From positions 1,440,001 through 1,504,000 of the forward strand of contig OY970325.1 in assembly GCA_963717145.1 (NCBI GenBank): 64,000 nucleotides of DNA, read 5' to 3'. The notes under the pieces were generated by a model. It had not been told where the DNA came from. It made no database searches and was given only the letters and a program-made list of their open reading frames with translations. Positions 18,012 through 29,110 of this stretch are shown here, piece after piece. This stretch comes from an uncultured Armatimonadetes bacterium (GTDB lineage: Bacteria > Armatimonadota > UBA5829 > DTJY01). The number at the start of each line of letters is the position of its first letter. The stretch's first letter is position 1. Position numbers and translations under genes: made by a program.

Positions 18012-18803
18012 CTATATAAGATTCTCAAGTCCCCAGATGACTTGTTTGAGTCCAACGGACTTCCTGATCGCCAGCAGAACGCCCGGCACGTACGATTTCC
18101 TATTGAACGCATCGTGGCGGATCGTGAGCGTCTGCCCCGGGCCGCCGAACAGGACCTCCTGGTGGGCCTCGAAGCCCGGAAGCCGCACACTGTGAACCCG
18201 GATGCCGTCGAAGTCACCGCCTCTCGACGGAGCGGATGCGCTTGGAGCCTGCGCCGGCTCCTCTTCCCGCGCCTCGGCCAGCAGCCTGGCGGTGAGGATC
18301 GCGGTTCCGGACGGCGCGTCGAGCTTCTTGTCGTGATGCAGTTCGATGATCTCGACATTCGGGAAGTACTTCACGGCCTCGGTCGCCATCTTCATCATCA
18401 GCACTGCGCCGATCGAGAAGTTCGGGGCGATGATCGCTCCGACTCCACGCTCAGCGGCCATCTGCTTGATCTGCTCGATGTCCTCCCGAGTGATGCCGGT
18501 CGTGCCGACGATGGGAACCGCCCCTGCCTTCATGGATGCCCGAATGCTCTCCATGCCCGCGGCCGGGACCGTCACGACGACCACCGCATCGGCCGCTGTC
18601 CGGCTCAGGGTCTCCGCCAGGTCCGACGTGATCGTCACCGCACTGTCGACGCCGAGTGCTGCCGACACGGTCTGACCGGCATATGCCGGGTCAACCGCAC
18701 CGACGAGAGCCATCTCGGGGGCCGCGCCGGTCACCCCGCCAACTACTTCTCTACCAAGACGCCCACCGGCGCCTGCGACTATGACTCGAATTGGGTCGCT
18801 CAT
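18012..18803 (-). CDS. dapB: 4-hydroxy-tetrahydrodipicolinate reductase
   Basis: VGTTG, APNFSIG, ELHHDKKLDAPSGTA. Confidence 0.96.
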   Translation of the reverse strand: MSDPIRVIVAGAGGRLGREVVGGVTGAAPEMALVGAVDPAYAGQTVSAALGVDSAVTITSDLAETLSRTAADAVVVVTVPAAGMESIRASMKAGAVPIVGTTGITREDIEQIKQMAAERGVGAIIAPNFSIGAVLMMKMATEAVKYFPNVEIIELHHDKKLDAPSGTAILTARLLAEAREEEPAQAPSASAPSRGGDFDGIRVHSVRLPGFEAHQEVLFGGPGQTLTIRHDAFNRKSYVPGVLLAIRKSVGLKQVIWGLENLI

Positions 18804-18808
18804 CTGCC

Positions 18809-20056
18809 TTATTGCTTCAATACTTTGAATGGACCGATCGCCGCCATCGGGAAATCAGACTCGATGAAAAGCCGACGCGCTACTTCTTTGACATCGGTAT
18901 GAGTTACATTCGTTACCTTCCCGATCAGCTCCTCCATCGGGATGATGCAGCCGTAGTACAGCTCGGATTTCGCCATGCGCATCATGCGGTTGCTCATGTT
19001 CTCCTGACCGAGCACGAGAGCGCCTTTGATCTGGTTCTTAGCGCGGGTCAGTTCGAGGTCCGACACGCCGTTGGCGCCCATATCGTCGAACTGCTCCCTG
19101 ACCACCTTCAACACTTCCTCCATGTGGTCGAGACTCGTCCCGCAATAGACTGCGAACAGGCCGCCTTCATTGTAGGACGCCGAGTAGGAGCCGATGGAAT
19201 ATGCGAGTCCGCGAGTCTCTCGGATCTCCTGGAAGAGCCGCGAACTCATTCCGCCGCCCAGGATCGTATCTATGAGCGCAAGCGGGTACTTCGCGTCGTC
19301 GAGGTGCGAGTAGCCCCTGGTACCGATGCAGAAGTGCACTTGCTCGGTGTCCTTGTGCGTCATGACGGTCTCAGCAGAGAACAGCGGAGCGGTGCGCGAC
19401 AGATCGAGCTTCGAGCCCGTCAGCCCACCATACAATCCGGCGACCTGCTCGACGAACTCCTCGTGTACCAGGTTTCCCGCTGCGGCAACTACGACCGTAT
19501 CCGGTGCATAGCGGCTCCGAATGAAGCTGACCAGGTCCTCGCGCGTGAGGTTGCCCACGGTCTCACTCGTCCCGAGCACCGGCCGGCCGAGCGGATGGCC
19601 GCTCCACACGAGTTGGGCGAACATATCGTGGATCAGGTCGTCCGGGGAGTCCTCATGGCGCTTGATCTCCTCCAGGACGACGCCCTTCTCCAGTTCGATC
19701 TCGCTGGGGTCGAGCTTGGAGTTGAGGAACATATCGGATAGCACACCGACTGCCATCGGGAGATGCTCTTTCAGTACCCTGGCGAAGTAGCACGTATACT
19801 CCTTCTCGGTGAATGCGTTCAGTTGGCCGCCGACTGAGTCGAACTCGTCTGCGATCTGCTTGGCGGTTCGTGATTCGGTACCTTTGAAGAGCATGTGCTC
19901 CAGGAAGTGGGAAACGCCCTGATTGGTATCATCCTCACACCGAGCGCCCGACCCGGCCCATACGCCGACCGACACCGACTGCACGTGTGGTACTGTCTCG
20001 GTGAGGATGCGCACGCCGTTTGGGAGAACATCTTTCTTAGTCATAGGTGGATCCAC
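18809..20056 (-). CDS. M16 family zinc peptidase
   Basis: HFLEH motif, LNAFT, GGGMSSRLFQEIRE.RGLAY; usual position after pnp. Confidence 0.92.
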   Translation of the reverse strand: MDPPMTKKDVLPNGVRILTETVPHVQSVSVGVWAGSGARCEDDTNQGVSHFLEHMLFKGTESRTAKQIADEFDSVGGQLNAFTEKEYTCYFARVLKEHLPMAVGVLSDMFLNSKLDPSEIELEKGVVLEEIKRHEDSPDDLIHDMFAQLVWSGHPLGRPVLGTSETVGNLTREDLVSFIRSRYAPDTVVVAAAGNLVHEEFVEQVAGLYGGLTGSKLDLSRTAPLFSAETVMTHKDTEQVHFCIGTRGYSHLDDAKYPLALIDTILGGGMSSRLFQEIRETRGLAYSIGSYSASYNEGGLFAVYCGTSLDHMEEVLKVVREQFDDMGANGVSDLELTRAKNQIKGALVLGQENMSNRMMRMAKSELYYGCIIPMEELIGKVTNVTHTDVKEVARRLFIESDFPMAAIGPFKVLKQ

Positions 20057-20149
20057 TGTGGCGACTCAAACGCCCGGTTGGCATAACATACGACAATCAG
20101 GGGATCGATGATCCCCTGATTGTGCGGTATCTTCTCGTAGAGACCTGGA

Positions 20150-20175
20150 GGGCGGGCCAAAGGCGCCGGCCCTAC
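20150..20175 (-). repeat. GTAG REP variant downstream of pnp
   Basis: GTAGGGCCGGCGCCTTTGGCCCGCCC. Confidence 0.6.
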
Positions 20176-20178
20176 GGA

Positions 20179-22422
20179 TCATCGTTTTGGCCGGAATCTG
20201 GCCTGAGGCATCGCCTCGTCAGACGCATCCTCGCGGCGATCTCCTGCACGGCCGTTTTCACCGCCGGGGACGCCGCCTCGCGGCTCGTCGTCCCTGTGCC
20301 CGCCGCCGTCACCGCGCGATCGATCCTGGCCGCGACCTTCGTCGCCTGCATCGTCGCAGCCCTTGCGGGTGAGGCTGATCTTCCCCTGCGGGTTCATCTC
20401 GAGCACCTTGACCTTCAGTTCGTCGCCGACTTTGGCAATGTCCTCGGTCCGCTCGACGCGGTACGGCGCGAGTTCGGAGATGTGCACCAAACCCTCGCGG
20501 CCGGGCAGGATCTCGACGAACGCGCCGAACGGCATCGTCCGTGTAACCCTGCCGACATAGGTCTCGCCCGGCTTCACCTCGCGGGTGATGTCGTCCACCA
20601 TCTTGAGGGCGGCTTCTCCGCCTGCCTTGTCGATGGAGGTGATGTATACGTGGCCGTCCTGCTCGATGCTGAGGCTGGCCCCGGTCTCGGCCTCGATCTT
20701 CTTGATGACTTTTCCGCCCGGGCCGATCACATCGCCGATCTTCTCGGGGTTGATCTCGATGATGAGCACCCTCGGCGCATACGGCGACATCTCTTCTCTC
20801 GGCGCTGCGATAGCTTTCAGCATCTCTCCGAGGATGTGCAGCCGAGCCGTCTTGGCCTGGGCGAGCGCGTCCTTCACGACGTCCATCGAGATTCCCTCGA
20901 TCTTCGTGTCCATCTGGATCGCGGTGATACCATCTGCACTGCCGGCGACCTTGAAGTCCATGTCGCCCGAGAAGTCCTCCATGCCCTGTATGTCGCTCAG
21001 GACGACGTACTTATCGCCCTCGGACATCAGGCCCATCGCTGCTCCGGCCACAGGCGCCTTGATCTTGACGCCGGCATCCATGAGTGCGAGTGTACTTCCG
21101 CAGACGCTCGCCATCGAACTGGAGCCGTTGGACTCGAGGATCTCGCTCGTGAGCAACAACGCGTACGGAAACTCCTCCTGAGGAGGGATCATCGGCTGCA
21201 GGGCCTTCTCGGCCAGCGATCCGTGACCAACTTCTCTTCGTCCCGGTCCGCGCATCGGCTTGGTCTCGCCGGTGCTGAACGGGAGGAAGTTGTAGAAGTG
21301 CATGTAGCGCTTGTAGCCATCTTCCTCGAGCGTATCTACCATCTGAGCATCGTCGAGCGCGCCCAGCGTTAGAGTCGTGAGCGCCTGAGTCTGTCCACGC
21401 GTGAAGAGGCCGGACCCGTGAACTCTCGGGAGCAGACCTGCCTGGCAGCTTATCGGACGAACCTCATCGGGCCGTCTGCCGTCGGGTCGGATGTTCTTCT
21501 CGAAGATCAACTTTCGGACGGCTTCTTTGACAACCTTGTCCACGGCCTCGCAGAGTTCAGTCTCGCGCTCCGGGAAATCGGGAGCCATTCGGGCAACGAT
21601 CTCCTGGTTGAGAATCTTAATGCCCTCTTCGCGCGTCGCCTTGTCCGGCTGCTGGATGGCATCCATGATGTCCGCACCGGCGGCATCGCGAACGGCCTGT
21701 ACGAGTTCGGGATCCGTCTTGTGCATCTCGACCTCGGTCTTGGGCTGTCCGACCTTCCGAACAAGCTCCAGTTGCAGTTCGCAGATCCGCTTGATCTCCG
21801 TGTGCGCGATCTTGATCGCCTCGAGGACGTCTTCCTCGGTGACTACCTTGGCATCTGCATCCACCGTCGTGACGGTGCTGCACGTGCCGGCGACCACCAT
21901 ATTGATCTCTGACGTCTTGAGGGCTTCGAGCGAGGGGTTGATCACCCACTCGCCGTCAATCCTCCCCATTCGCACTGCGCCAACCGGTCCGGCGAAAGGA
22001 ATGCGGGAGATGCTCAGAGCCGCGGACGCGCCGATCATGGCGAGGATGTCGCCGGGGATGTCGCGGTCGAATGAAAACGGAATGGCGACGACCTGGACCT
22101 CATGCCTCATTCCATCGGGGAACAGAGGTCGAAGGGGTCGGTCGATCAGTCGTGAAGTGGTAATAGCCTTCTCGGAGGGGCGGCCTCCGCGCTTTACGAA
22201 ACCACCGGGGATCTTGCCTACAGCGTACTTCCGCTCTTCATAGTCGCAGGACAGCGGGAAGAAGTCGCATCCCGCCCGCGGTGCGGCACTCATCGTAGCG
22301 GTGGCCAGGACGAGCGTGTCGCCCATCGTGACTACGACGGAGCCATCCGCCTGCTTGGCGAGTTCGCCCGTCTGGATCGTCAGCGTCTTACCGCCGAGTT
22401 CCATCTCTACCTTGTCAATCAT
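20179..22422 (-). CDS. pnp: Polyribonucleotide nucleotidyltransferase
   Basis: [39 protein letters not shown] and S1 domains. Confidence 0.97.
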   Translation of the reverse strand: MIDKVEMELGGKTLTIQTGELAKQADGSVVVTMGDTLVLATATMSAAPRAGCDFFPLSCDYEERKYAVGKIPGGFVKRGGRPSEKAITTSRLIDRPLRPLFPDGMRHEVQVVAIPFSFDRDIPGDILAMIGASAALSISRIPFAGPVGAVRMGRIDGEWVINPSLEALKTSEINMVVAGTCSTVTTVDADAKVVTEEDVLEAIKIAHTEIKRICELQLELVRKVGQPKTEVEMHKTDPELVQAVRDAAGADIMDAIQQPDKATREEGIKILNQEIVARMAPDFPERETELCEAVDKVVKEAVRKLIFEKNIRPDGRRPDEVRPISCQAGLLPRVHGSGLFTRGQTQALTTLTLGALDDAQMVDTLEEDGYKRYMHFYNFLPFSTGETKPMRGPGRREVGHGSLAEKALQPMIPPQEEFPYALLLTSEILESNGSSSMASVCGSTLALMDAGVKIKAPVAGAAMGLMSEGDKYVVLSDIQGMEDFSGDMDFKVAGSADGITAIQMDTKIEGISMDVVKDALAQAKTARLHILGEMLKAIAAPREEMSPYAPRVLIIEINPEKIGDVIGPGGKVIKKIEAETGASLSIEQDGHVYITSIDKAGGEAALKMVDDITREVKPGETYVGRVTRTMPFGAFVEILPGREGLVHISELAPYRVERTEDIAKVGDELKVKVLEMNPQGKISLTRKGCDDAGDEGRGQDRSRGDGGGHRDDEPRGGVPGGENGRAGDRREDASDEAMPQARFRPKR

Positions 22423-22437
22423 TTAGTTTTCTGTCTC

Positions 22438-22707
22438 CTATCTTCTCAGACCAAGCCGTGCAACGACCGAGCGGTAGCGCTCGATGTCCTTCTTGCTGAG
22501 GTAGTTCAGCAGCCTGCGCCGCTGGCCGACCATCATGAGGAGGCCGCGCCGAGAGTGGTGGTCCTTTTTGTGGATCTTGAGGTGCTCTGTGAGCTGATTG
22601 ATCCTCGCGCTCAATAGCGCGACCTGCACCTCCGGAGAGCCCGTATCACCCTCGTGCGTGCTGTACTCGACTATGATGGTGGTCTTCTCTTCCTTCTGCA
22701 TAGTCAT
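22438..22707 (-). CDS. rpsO: 30S ribosomal protein S15
   Basis: [21 protein letters not shown]. Confidence 0.98.
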   Translation of the reverse strand: MTMQKEEKTTIIVEYSTHEGDTGSPEVQVALLSARINQLTEHLKIHKKDHHSRRGLLMMVGQRRRLLNYLSKKDIERYRSVVARLGLRR

Positions 22708-22886
22708 TTGCGCGTCAATTCCTCCTGGAATTAGTGGGCGTCGTGCTGCAGGTGGCCGATGGAGACATTTGGGGAAGCTATAGACAGAAGACTGGGGGTG
22801 GAGTCTGTCAGCAAACTAATCCACAGTCTCTTGTCTACGGCCTCCCGGTTGAATTCATCAGCCAACCAGCAGGCAAACGTCGTAAC

Positions 22887-22915
22887 ACTTTACCATACTT
22901 GCGTGCACCTGTCAA
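22887..22915 (-). promoter_or_regulatory. Sigma-70 promoter of rpsO with about 170-nt leader
   Basis: TTGACA-N17-TAAAGT with TG extension; -35 overlaps ribF stop. Confidence 0.7.
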
Positions 22916-23838
22916 ATCGCGAGCAGCGACTTCGCCTGATCCACGTCCCTGGTTATCTGCTCGATGAGGCTCTCCGAATCCGCAAACCGCATCTCATCCC
23001 TGAGCCGATGATGAAATGCGACCTCGATCTCCTCGCCATATATATCGTCGGAGAAGCCGATAATGTAAACCTCTATGCTTATCGCGCCGTCATCGAACGT
23101 GGGCCGTGTGCCGATACTCGCGACCCCGCTGAACCGCCCGTGCCTGAGCATCACCTCGACGGCATAGACACCGTTCGCGGGCACGATCTGTCGCTCGACC
23201 GCGGCAACGTTGGCTGTCGGAAACCCCAGCTTCCGGCCAAGCCCGTGCCCGGCGACCACTTTGCCATCGAGTATGAACGGTCGGCCAAGGAACTGGGCTG
23301 CCTTCAGGACATCTCCCCCGGCGATCAGGCCTCTGATGGCCGTGCTGCTGACAATCGCGCGTTCCACGACGACCGGCGGGACGACCGTGACCGCAAAACC
23401 GAGATTGCCGCCCATCTCGCTCAGAAGCTCGACGTTCCCTGCCCTACCCTTTCCGAAAACGAAGCTCATGCCGACCACAACCTCCGCGGCTCGCAGCCTC
23501 TCCACCAGTACTTCGTGAACGAACTCCTCGGCGGGCATAGAGAACAACTTTCGGTCGGCCTCGAGTACGACGGCATGGTCGAGTCCCTGGTGGGCGATCA
23601 GGTCGATCTTCTGGCGGATGGAGGTGATGTATGGGGGCGCGGACTCCGGGTTGAAGGCCTCCTCGGGCAGACGGTCGAAAGTGATGGCGACCGAACGCGC
23701 CTTGTGCCGATGTGCCGTCTCGCGCAAGGTCCGCATGATGGCCTGGTGACCAAGGTGGACGCCGTCGAACACGCCGATGGTGACGACTGATCGGCCGTGT
23801 TGCTCTGTCAAGTTGTCGAGTCCCCAGGTTATTTCCAT
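22912..23838 (-). CDS. ribF: Bifunctional riboflavin kinase/FAD synthetase
   Basis: GVFDGVHLGH, SSTAIR, GRKLGFPTAN. Confidence 0.96.
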   Translation of the reverse strand: MEITWGLDNLTEQHGRSVVTIGVFDGVHLGHQAIMRTLRETAHRHKARSVAITFDRLPEEAFNPESAPPYITSIRQKIDLIAHQGLDHAVVLEADRKLFSMPAEEFVHEVLVERLRAAEVVVGMSFVFGKGRAGNVELLSEMGGNLGFAVTVVPPVVVERAIVSSTAIRGLIAGGDVLKAAQFLGRPFILDGKVVAGHGLGRKLGFPTANVAAVERQIVPANGVYAVEVMLRHGRFSGVASIGTRPTFDDGAISIEVYIIGFSDDIYGEEIEVAFHHRLRDEMRFADSESLIEQITRDVDQAKSLLAI

Positions 23839-23878
23839 GGCAGTTCAACGTTCCGATCCGTAGCGAACGACCACCGGC

Positions 23879-23904
23879 GGAACGGCACGGCGGCCGTTCC
23901 CTAC
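23879..23904 (-). repeat. GTAG REP variant supplying the truB stop codon
   Basis: GTAGGGAACGGCCGCCGTGCCGTTCC. Confidence 0.65.
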
Positions 23905-24800
23905 GCGTCCACGAACATCTTCTCCGGCTTGAACACCAGGATGCCTGCACGGACACGCAGGATACCGATGCCCAGCAGCCGGCCTTCGGGGTCGTGAAGC
24001 CGGACGAGCGAGCCGGCCGCGGGCGCATCAGGCACCTCCTCGGCCGGAATCTCTGTGCCGTGCAGGGCCTTCTCCGCCTGCTCACCGGTAAGTCGCACTG
24101 ACACCATATCACTCAGTACTTCGTCGATGGGATGCAGAGCCCCTTCGAACCGTCCGGCATCCACCTCATCGAGAGCAACGGCGTCCTCCGCGCGAAACCG
24201 TCCGATTGCGGTGCGCACGAGGGCTGACATATGCCCGCCGCAGTCGAGAGACCGCCCAATGTCGGCACACAGCGTCCGAATGTAGGTACCTTTGGAACAA
24301 TCGACATCCAGCACCGCGGTGGGTCGCGTACCCGGCTGGAAGTCGATCAGCTTTATCGAGTGGATCTCGATCTCCCGTGGCTCGCGTTCGACCGTCTTCC
24401 CGGCGCGAGCAAGGTCGTAGAGTCGCTTGCCCTCATGATGGACTGCCGAGACCATCGGCGGGACCTGTCGGATCTTGCCGACGAACCGGGGGAGAATGCT
24501 TTCGGTGAGATCGCGTGTGACGTATGCGGCCTCCGCCTCGCGGGTCGTCGCGCCGGTGGAGTCCTCGCTGTCAGTCTCGATGCCGAAAACCGCTGTCGCG
24601 CGATATGATTTCGGCCAGTCCAACAGATATTCTACGATGCGGGTCGCCTTCCCCAGGCAAACTAGCAGCACTCCGGATGCCAGCGGATCCAGCGTCCCTG
24701 AATGACCGACCCTCTTGATGCCCGCGGCCCGCCGAACGTGAGCCACGACGTCATGGGAGGTGGGTCCGGAGGGCTTGTTGACGTTTAGTACCCCATGCAT
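23901..24800 (-). CDS. truB: tRNA pseudouridine(55) synthase
   Basis: KPSGPTSHD, GHSGTLDP, CSKGTYIR. Confidence 0.96.
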   Translation of the reverse strand: MHGVLNVNKPSGPTSHDVVAHVRRAAGIKRVGHSGTLDPLASGVLLVCLGKATRIVEYLLDWPKSYRATAVFGIETDSEDSTGATTREAEAAYVTRDLTESILPRFVGKIRQVPPMVSAVHHEGKRLYDLARAGKTVEREPREIEIHSIKLIDFQPGTRPTAVLDVDCSKGTYIRTLCADIGRSLDCGGHMSALVRTAIGRFRAEDAVALDEVDAGRFEGALHPIDEVLSDMVSVRLTGEQAEKALHGTEIPAEEVPDAPAAGSLVRLHDPEGRLLGIGILRVRAGILVFKPEKMFVDA

Positions 24801-25759
24801 GTCTTCACCGCATCAATCACGAGCTTCTGGGCCGCATCGAGGGGTTCATTCAACGTGCAGCCCGATGCCAGAGGATGTCCCCCACCCCCAAACAGCCTGG
24901 CTACCTGGCTTACATCAAGACCCTCGACGGAGCGAAGGCTCACGCGGGTCGCCCCATCCGGCGCCTCTCGGAAGAAGAGGCCGACTTCAACGCCGTGAAT
25001 CGACTTGACATAGTTGGGTATCCCCTCTGTGTCGGCATCGGAAGCGCCGGCCTCCCGGAGTTGGTCCTGCGAAACCGACGCGTACGCGATCCGGCCTTCG
25101 GCGGTCGTTTGCAGTGTTGAGAGCGTCAGGCCGAGCACTTTGATGCTGGAAAAGGAGCGGGCCTCGTAGACTTGATGCGCGATGGTGCTTGCCGAGGCGC
25201 CGCCATCCACCAGATCAGCCGCGGTCCGAAGTGTCGAGGAGCGCACGTTGCTGAATCGGAACGAGCCGGTGTCCGTGATGATGCCCGTGAGCAGACAGGT
25301 GGCGATGTCTGCTGTCATCTCGATCCCCAAGGCCTCGAGGAGCGGGACGAGCAGTTCCGCCGTGGAGGCCAGACTGCGGTCGAGCAGCACGAGTGGCGTT
25401 TCACGCTTGGGGCCCGGATGATGGTCGATCTCGACCAGCGTAGGGCATGAGCGAACGGTTTCGAGCGCGTCGCCAGTGCGCTCGAGGTCTTCGCAGTCCA
25501 CCGTGATCGCCACCTCGCAAGGCTCCCCGGCCGGAGCGACCTGAACGATGTCCTCGCTCCCCGGCAAGAAGCGATAGAGGTCCGGAACGCCCTCCAGGGA
25601 TAACACGGTGACCTGCTTGCCGAGCCGTCGCAGCCCGATGCCGAGGGCACACATGGAGCCCAGACAGTCGCCGTCCGGGTTCACGTGACCGACAATCAGA
25701 AAGGTGCCATTTCGCCGGATGGCGTCAACTATCGGTGGAATCTGGTTCTTCGGATTCAT
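24785..25759 (-). CDS. nrnA: DHH/DHHA1 nanoRNase/pAp phosphatase
   Basis: HVNPDGD, IDHH, TDTGSF, GGGGH. Confidence 0.93.
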   Translation of the reverse strand: MNPKNQIPPIVDAIRRNGTFLIVGHVNPDGDCLGSMCALGIGLRRLGKQVTVLSLEGVPDLYRFLPGSEDIVQVAPAGEPCEVAITVDCEDLERTGDALETVRSCPTLVEIDHHPGPKRETPLVLLDRSLASTAELLVPLLEALGIEMTADIATCLLTGIITDTGSFRFSNVRSSTLRTAADLVDGGASASTIAHQVYEARSFSSIKVLGLTLSTLQTTAEGRIAYASVSQDQLREAGASDADTEGIPNYVKSIHGVEVGLFFREAPDGATRVSLRSVEGLDVSQVARLFGGGGHPLASGCTLNEPLDAAQKLVIDAVKTCMGY

Positions 25760-26093
25760 GCTTTACTTGTTGGAGAAGCTCAAAGATGCGGACACCGTGC
25801 TCGACCGCCGTGTCGAGCTTGAAGGTGATCTGAGGGGTGAGCTTCATGGTCGACTTACGTCCGAACTCGCTGCGGATGAAGCCGGATGCTTTCTGCAGGA
25901 TCCTGATGCTGTCTTCCCGCTGCTCGTCATCCCCCATAACGCTGATGAAAACTGTGGCATGTCGGAGATCCTTGGACACATCCGCGCCCGTGACGGTCAC
26001 GAATCCCAGTCGGGGGTCCCTGATCTCCTTCAGGATGATATTGCTTACCTCGATCTTGAGGAGTTCCTTGACTTTCTCTTGCCTTGTTGACAT
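25725..26093 (-). CDS. rbfA: Ribosome-binding factor A
   Basis: IRDPRLGFVTVT..SKDLRHA; start MSTRQ. Confidence 0.95.
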   Translation of the reverse strand: MSTRQEKVKELLKIEVSNIILKEIRDPRLGFVTVTGADVSKDLRHATVFISVMGDDEQREDSIRILQKASGFIRSEFGRKSTMKLTPQITFKLDTAVEHGVRIFELLQQVKHESEEPDSTDS

Positions 26094-26109
26094 ATTGGTA
26101 TCCATTCGC

Positions 26110-26229
26110 GCAGATGGCCGTGCCTCCGTGCCGGCCATCACACATCGAAGGCCGGCACGGAGGCACGGCCACTACATGATACCCCCACCGCAGCACACGG
26201 AACCGCCAAGACGCCAAGAGCGCCAGGGG
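26110..26229. repeat. Inverted REP pair plus 9-mer CGCCAAGA array
   Basis: GGCCGTGCCTCCGTGCCGGCC and its inverse ending CTAC; cgccaagacgccaagagcgccagg. Confidence 0.65.
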
Positions 26230-26243
26230 AGACTCAGATTCGT

Positions 26244-26525
26244 CTACAGGAATTCCACGCAGACGTCCTCGACGACGACCCTGGGGTTGCTCTCGATGAC
26301 CGCCAGCACCCTGTTCAGGACGGTGTTGGCGACGGATTGCTCATTACTGATGCAGGCGAAACCTACTATTGATCGCTGCCAGGCATCGAGCGCCCCAAGC
26401 TCGGCGGCGGAGATGTTGAACTTGTTCCTGATGCCGTCCAGGAGACTCTTGACGATCTGGCGCTTGTCCTTCAGCGACTGGCTGTCACTGATCATAAGAT
26501 TCGCAGTCAGCACCCCTACAATCAC
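26244..26525 (-). CDS. ylxP: DUF503 (YlxP) family protein
   Basis: SLKDKRQIVKSL..KFNISAAE; lies between infB and rbfA. Confidence 0.9.
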   Translation of the reverse strand: MIVGVLTANLMISDSQSLKDKRQIVKSLLDGIRNKFNISAAELGALDAWQRSIVGFACISNEQSVANTVLNRVLAVIESNPRVVVEDVCVEFL

Positions 26526-28675
26526 TTGCGCCTGCGCGCGACCTCCTGGATGGTGAACATCTCGATGACGTCTCCCTCCTGGAAATCATTGAAGCCTTCC
26601 AGCACGACACCGCACTCGAATCCGGCGGCCATCTCGCGCACGTCGTCCTTGATATGCCTCAGGGATCCTACCTTGCCCGTGTAGACAATCTCCTCCCCGC
26701 GCTTCAGTCTGGCTTCGGCGTTTCTCTGCGCCTTGCCGTCGGTGACATAGCATCCGGCGACCACGCCGCGAGGCACCTTGAACGTCGCTCTCACCTCTGC
26801 GTGGCCGATGACCGTTTCCTCGAGTACCGGCGCGAGCAGGCCGAGCATAGCGCCTTCGATATCGTCGAGCAGCTCATAGATGATATTGTAGGTGCGGACA
26901 TCTACGCTCTCCTTCTCGGCGGCCCGCAGGGCGTTGGTGTCAACCTTCACATTGAACCCGACGACGACCGCGTTCGAAGCCGACGCCAGCAGCACATCCG
27001 ACTCGCCGATGTTCCCGACGCCGCTGTGAATCAGGTTCACTCGAACCTCTTCATCGGCCAGCTTGGTCAGTGACTGAGCGATTGCCTCTTCCGATCCCTG
27101 GACGTCCGTCTTCAGGACCACATTGAGGTCCTTGACGACGCCCTCCTTGATCTGCCTGTAGAGATCGGCCAGAGTCACGCGAGTGTGAGACTCCATCTTG
27201 CCCTCACGGGTCTCAGCGGCGCGTGCCTCGGCCACCTGACGAGCCTCGCGTTCGTTTTTCACAACGTCCATGTAGTCGCCGGCGCTCGGGACGGTCGAAA
27301 GGCCCACGATCTCGACCGGGGTCGCCGGTCCCGCCTTCAACACCCTGTTGCCGCGGTCGTCGAGCATCGCCTTGACCTTGCCATATGCAGAGCCCATGAC
27401 GACTGCATCCCCGATCTTCAGTGTACCCTCGCTGACGAGGACCGTCGCGACCGGGCCCTTGCCTTTGTCCAACTCGGCCTCGATCACGGTGCCGACGGCA
27501 GGACCTGTGGCGTCGGCCTTGAGTTCGGCAACCTCGGCGACGAGGGAGATCATCTCCAGCAACTCGTCGATGCCCTTCTTATCCTTGGCGGACATATCGA
27601 CCGAAACGATGTCGCCGCCCCACTTTTCGATCACGAGCCCATGCTCGGCCAACTGCTGCTTCGTGCGGTCCACATTTGCATCGGCCTTATCGACCTTGTT
27701 GATCGCGGCGATGATGTGGACCTTGGCGGCCTTGGCGTGGTTGATCGCTTCGATGGTCTGCGGCATGACGCCGTCGTCTGCGGCAACGATGAGAATGGCG
27801 ATATCGGTAACCTGCGCGCCACGAGCGCGCATGGCGGTGAATGCTTCATGGCCCGGTGTATCGAGGAACGTGATCTTCTTGCCTTCCAGGGTCACCTGGT
27901 AGGCGCCGATGTGCTGAGTGATGCCTCCGAACTCCTGCTCGGTGACGTTCGTCTGGCGAATCGCGTCGAGGAGTGTGGTCTTGCCGTGGTCGACGTGTCC
28001 GAGGATGGTGACGATCGGCGGACGAGGCATGAGTTTGCCCTGCCTCACGGGCTTGGCCAGCCTCTTGGGGAGCATCGGTGTTACGGCTTTCGGCTGCTTC
28101 GGCTCTTCGGCCTTGGGTTTGGGAGCTTCTTGAACGAGAATCTTGAAGCCGAGGCCTTCGACTACTTTTTTGGCCAGATCCGCGGGTACCGTCTGATTGA
28201 CCGCAACGAGCGCGCCCTGTTTGACGAGCCCACGCTGTATGTCTGCAGTGGCAACGCTGAGGAGTTCTGCGAGCTGCTTGACAGTAGCCTTTGCCGGAAG
28301 CTCAATCCTGTTGTCCTTGGGGGCAGGCTCATCCGCGGGCGCCGCCTCCGCTTCGGGTTCCGCCGCTACTTCGGGTGGGGCCTCTGCTTCGGGTTTCACC
28401 TCTGCTTTGGGCGCGGCTTCTTCCGCGACCTTGGCTTCCGGCTCTTCCTTGGGCTTGGCTTCCTTCTTTGGCTTGGTCTCGACGGCCGCGGTCTCGGCCT
28501 TGGGGGCCGCAGCGGTCCGCTTCTTGAGGGCCTTCTTGATCTTCTCGACGGTCTCAGCTTCCAGCGAACTGGAATGGCTCTTAACCTCGACACCCATCTC
28601 AGCCAGCGCAGTGATCAGGTCATGATTGCTCATGTCCAGCTCTTTCGCCAATTCGTATACTCGCACGTTTGCCAC
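26522..28675 (-). CDS. infB: Translation initiation factor IF-2
   Basis: GTG start ([13 protein letters not shown]) after [27 protein letters not shown]. Confidence 0.97.
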   Translation of the reverse strand: MANVRVYELAKELDMSNHDLITALAEMGVEVKSHSSSLEAETVEKIKKALKKRTAAAPKAETAAVETKPKKEAKPKEEPEAKVAEEAAPKAEVKPEAEAPPEVAAEPEAEAAPADEPAPKDNRIELPAKATVKQLAELLSVATADIQRGLVKQGALVAVNQTVPADLAKKVVEGLGFKILVQEAPKPKAEEPKQPKAVTPMLPKRLAKPVRQGKLMPRPPIVTILGHVDHGKTTLLDAIRQTNVTEQEFGGITQHIGAYQVTLEGKKITFLDTPGHEAFTAMRARGAQVTDIAILIVAADDGVMPQTIEAINHAKAAKVHIIAAINKVDKADANVDRTKQQLAEHGLVIEKWGGDIVSVDMSAKDKKGIDELLEMISLVAEVAELKADATGPAVGTVIEAELDKGKGPVATVLVSEGTLKIGDAVVMGSAYGKVKAMLDDRGNRVLKAGPATPVEIVGLSTVPSAGDYMDVVKNEREARQVAEARAAETREGKMESHTRVTLADLYRQIKEGVVKDLNVVLKTDVQGSEEAIAQSLTKLADEEVRVNLIHSGVGNIGESDVLLASASNAVVVGFNVKVDTNALRAAEKESVDVRTYNIIYELLDDIEGAMLGLLAPVLEETVIGHAEVRATFKVPRGVVAGCYVTDGKAQRNAEARLKRGEEIVYTGKVGSLRHIKDDVREMAAGFECGVVLEGFNDFQEGDVIEMFTIQEVARRRK

Positions 28676-28828
28676 TGTTTCTGTCACCTCTTCCTTGCAG
28701 ACAGGACCGGGAGAGCAACGTCGGCTATGAACCGTCTCTCTCCGGTAGCCTATAAGCGGGAGCCTGCTTTCGACAGGGCGATGGCGCCCCGTGCGGTTGC
28801 GCACTATGGCCGAAATGAGTCTGATGGT

Positions 28829-29110
28829 TTATCCCATAGCTGACGACCCTTGCTCCACGATTACTTCGAGCTGCCTGACCAACTCGTCCGGGATCTCGGC
28901 CCGGAGTGCCCGCCCGAGTCGCTTGCCTTTCATGGCCTGACTCAGGCATTCCGGGGCAGGACACAAATACGCCCCACGCCCCGCTATCTTACCCGTAGGA
29001 TCAATCGCCACATCACCGGTGGAGGTCCGAACCAATCTGATCAGACCTTTCTTCCCGCCGGCGGTCCTGCAACCTACGCAGGTTCGAATCGGAACCTTAC
29101 GCTGTTTCAT
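28829..29110 (-). CDS. ylxR: YlxR/RnpM (DUF448) RNA-binding protein
   Basis: PIRTCVGCR, GRGAYLC. Confidence 0.92.
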   Translation of the reverse strand: MKQRKVPIRTCVGCRTAGGKKGLIRLVRTSTGDVAIDPTGKIAGRGAYLCPAPECLSQAMKGKRLGRALRAEIPDELVRQLEVIVEQGSSAMG

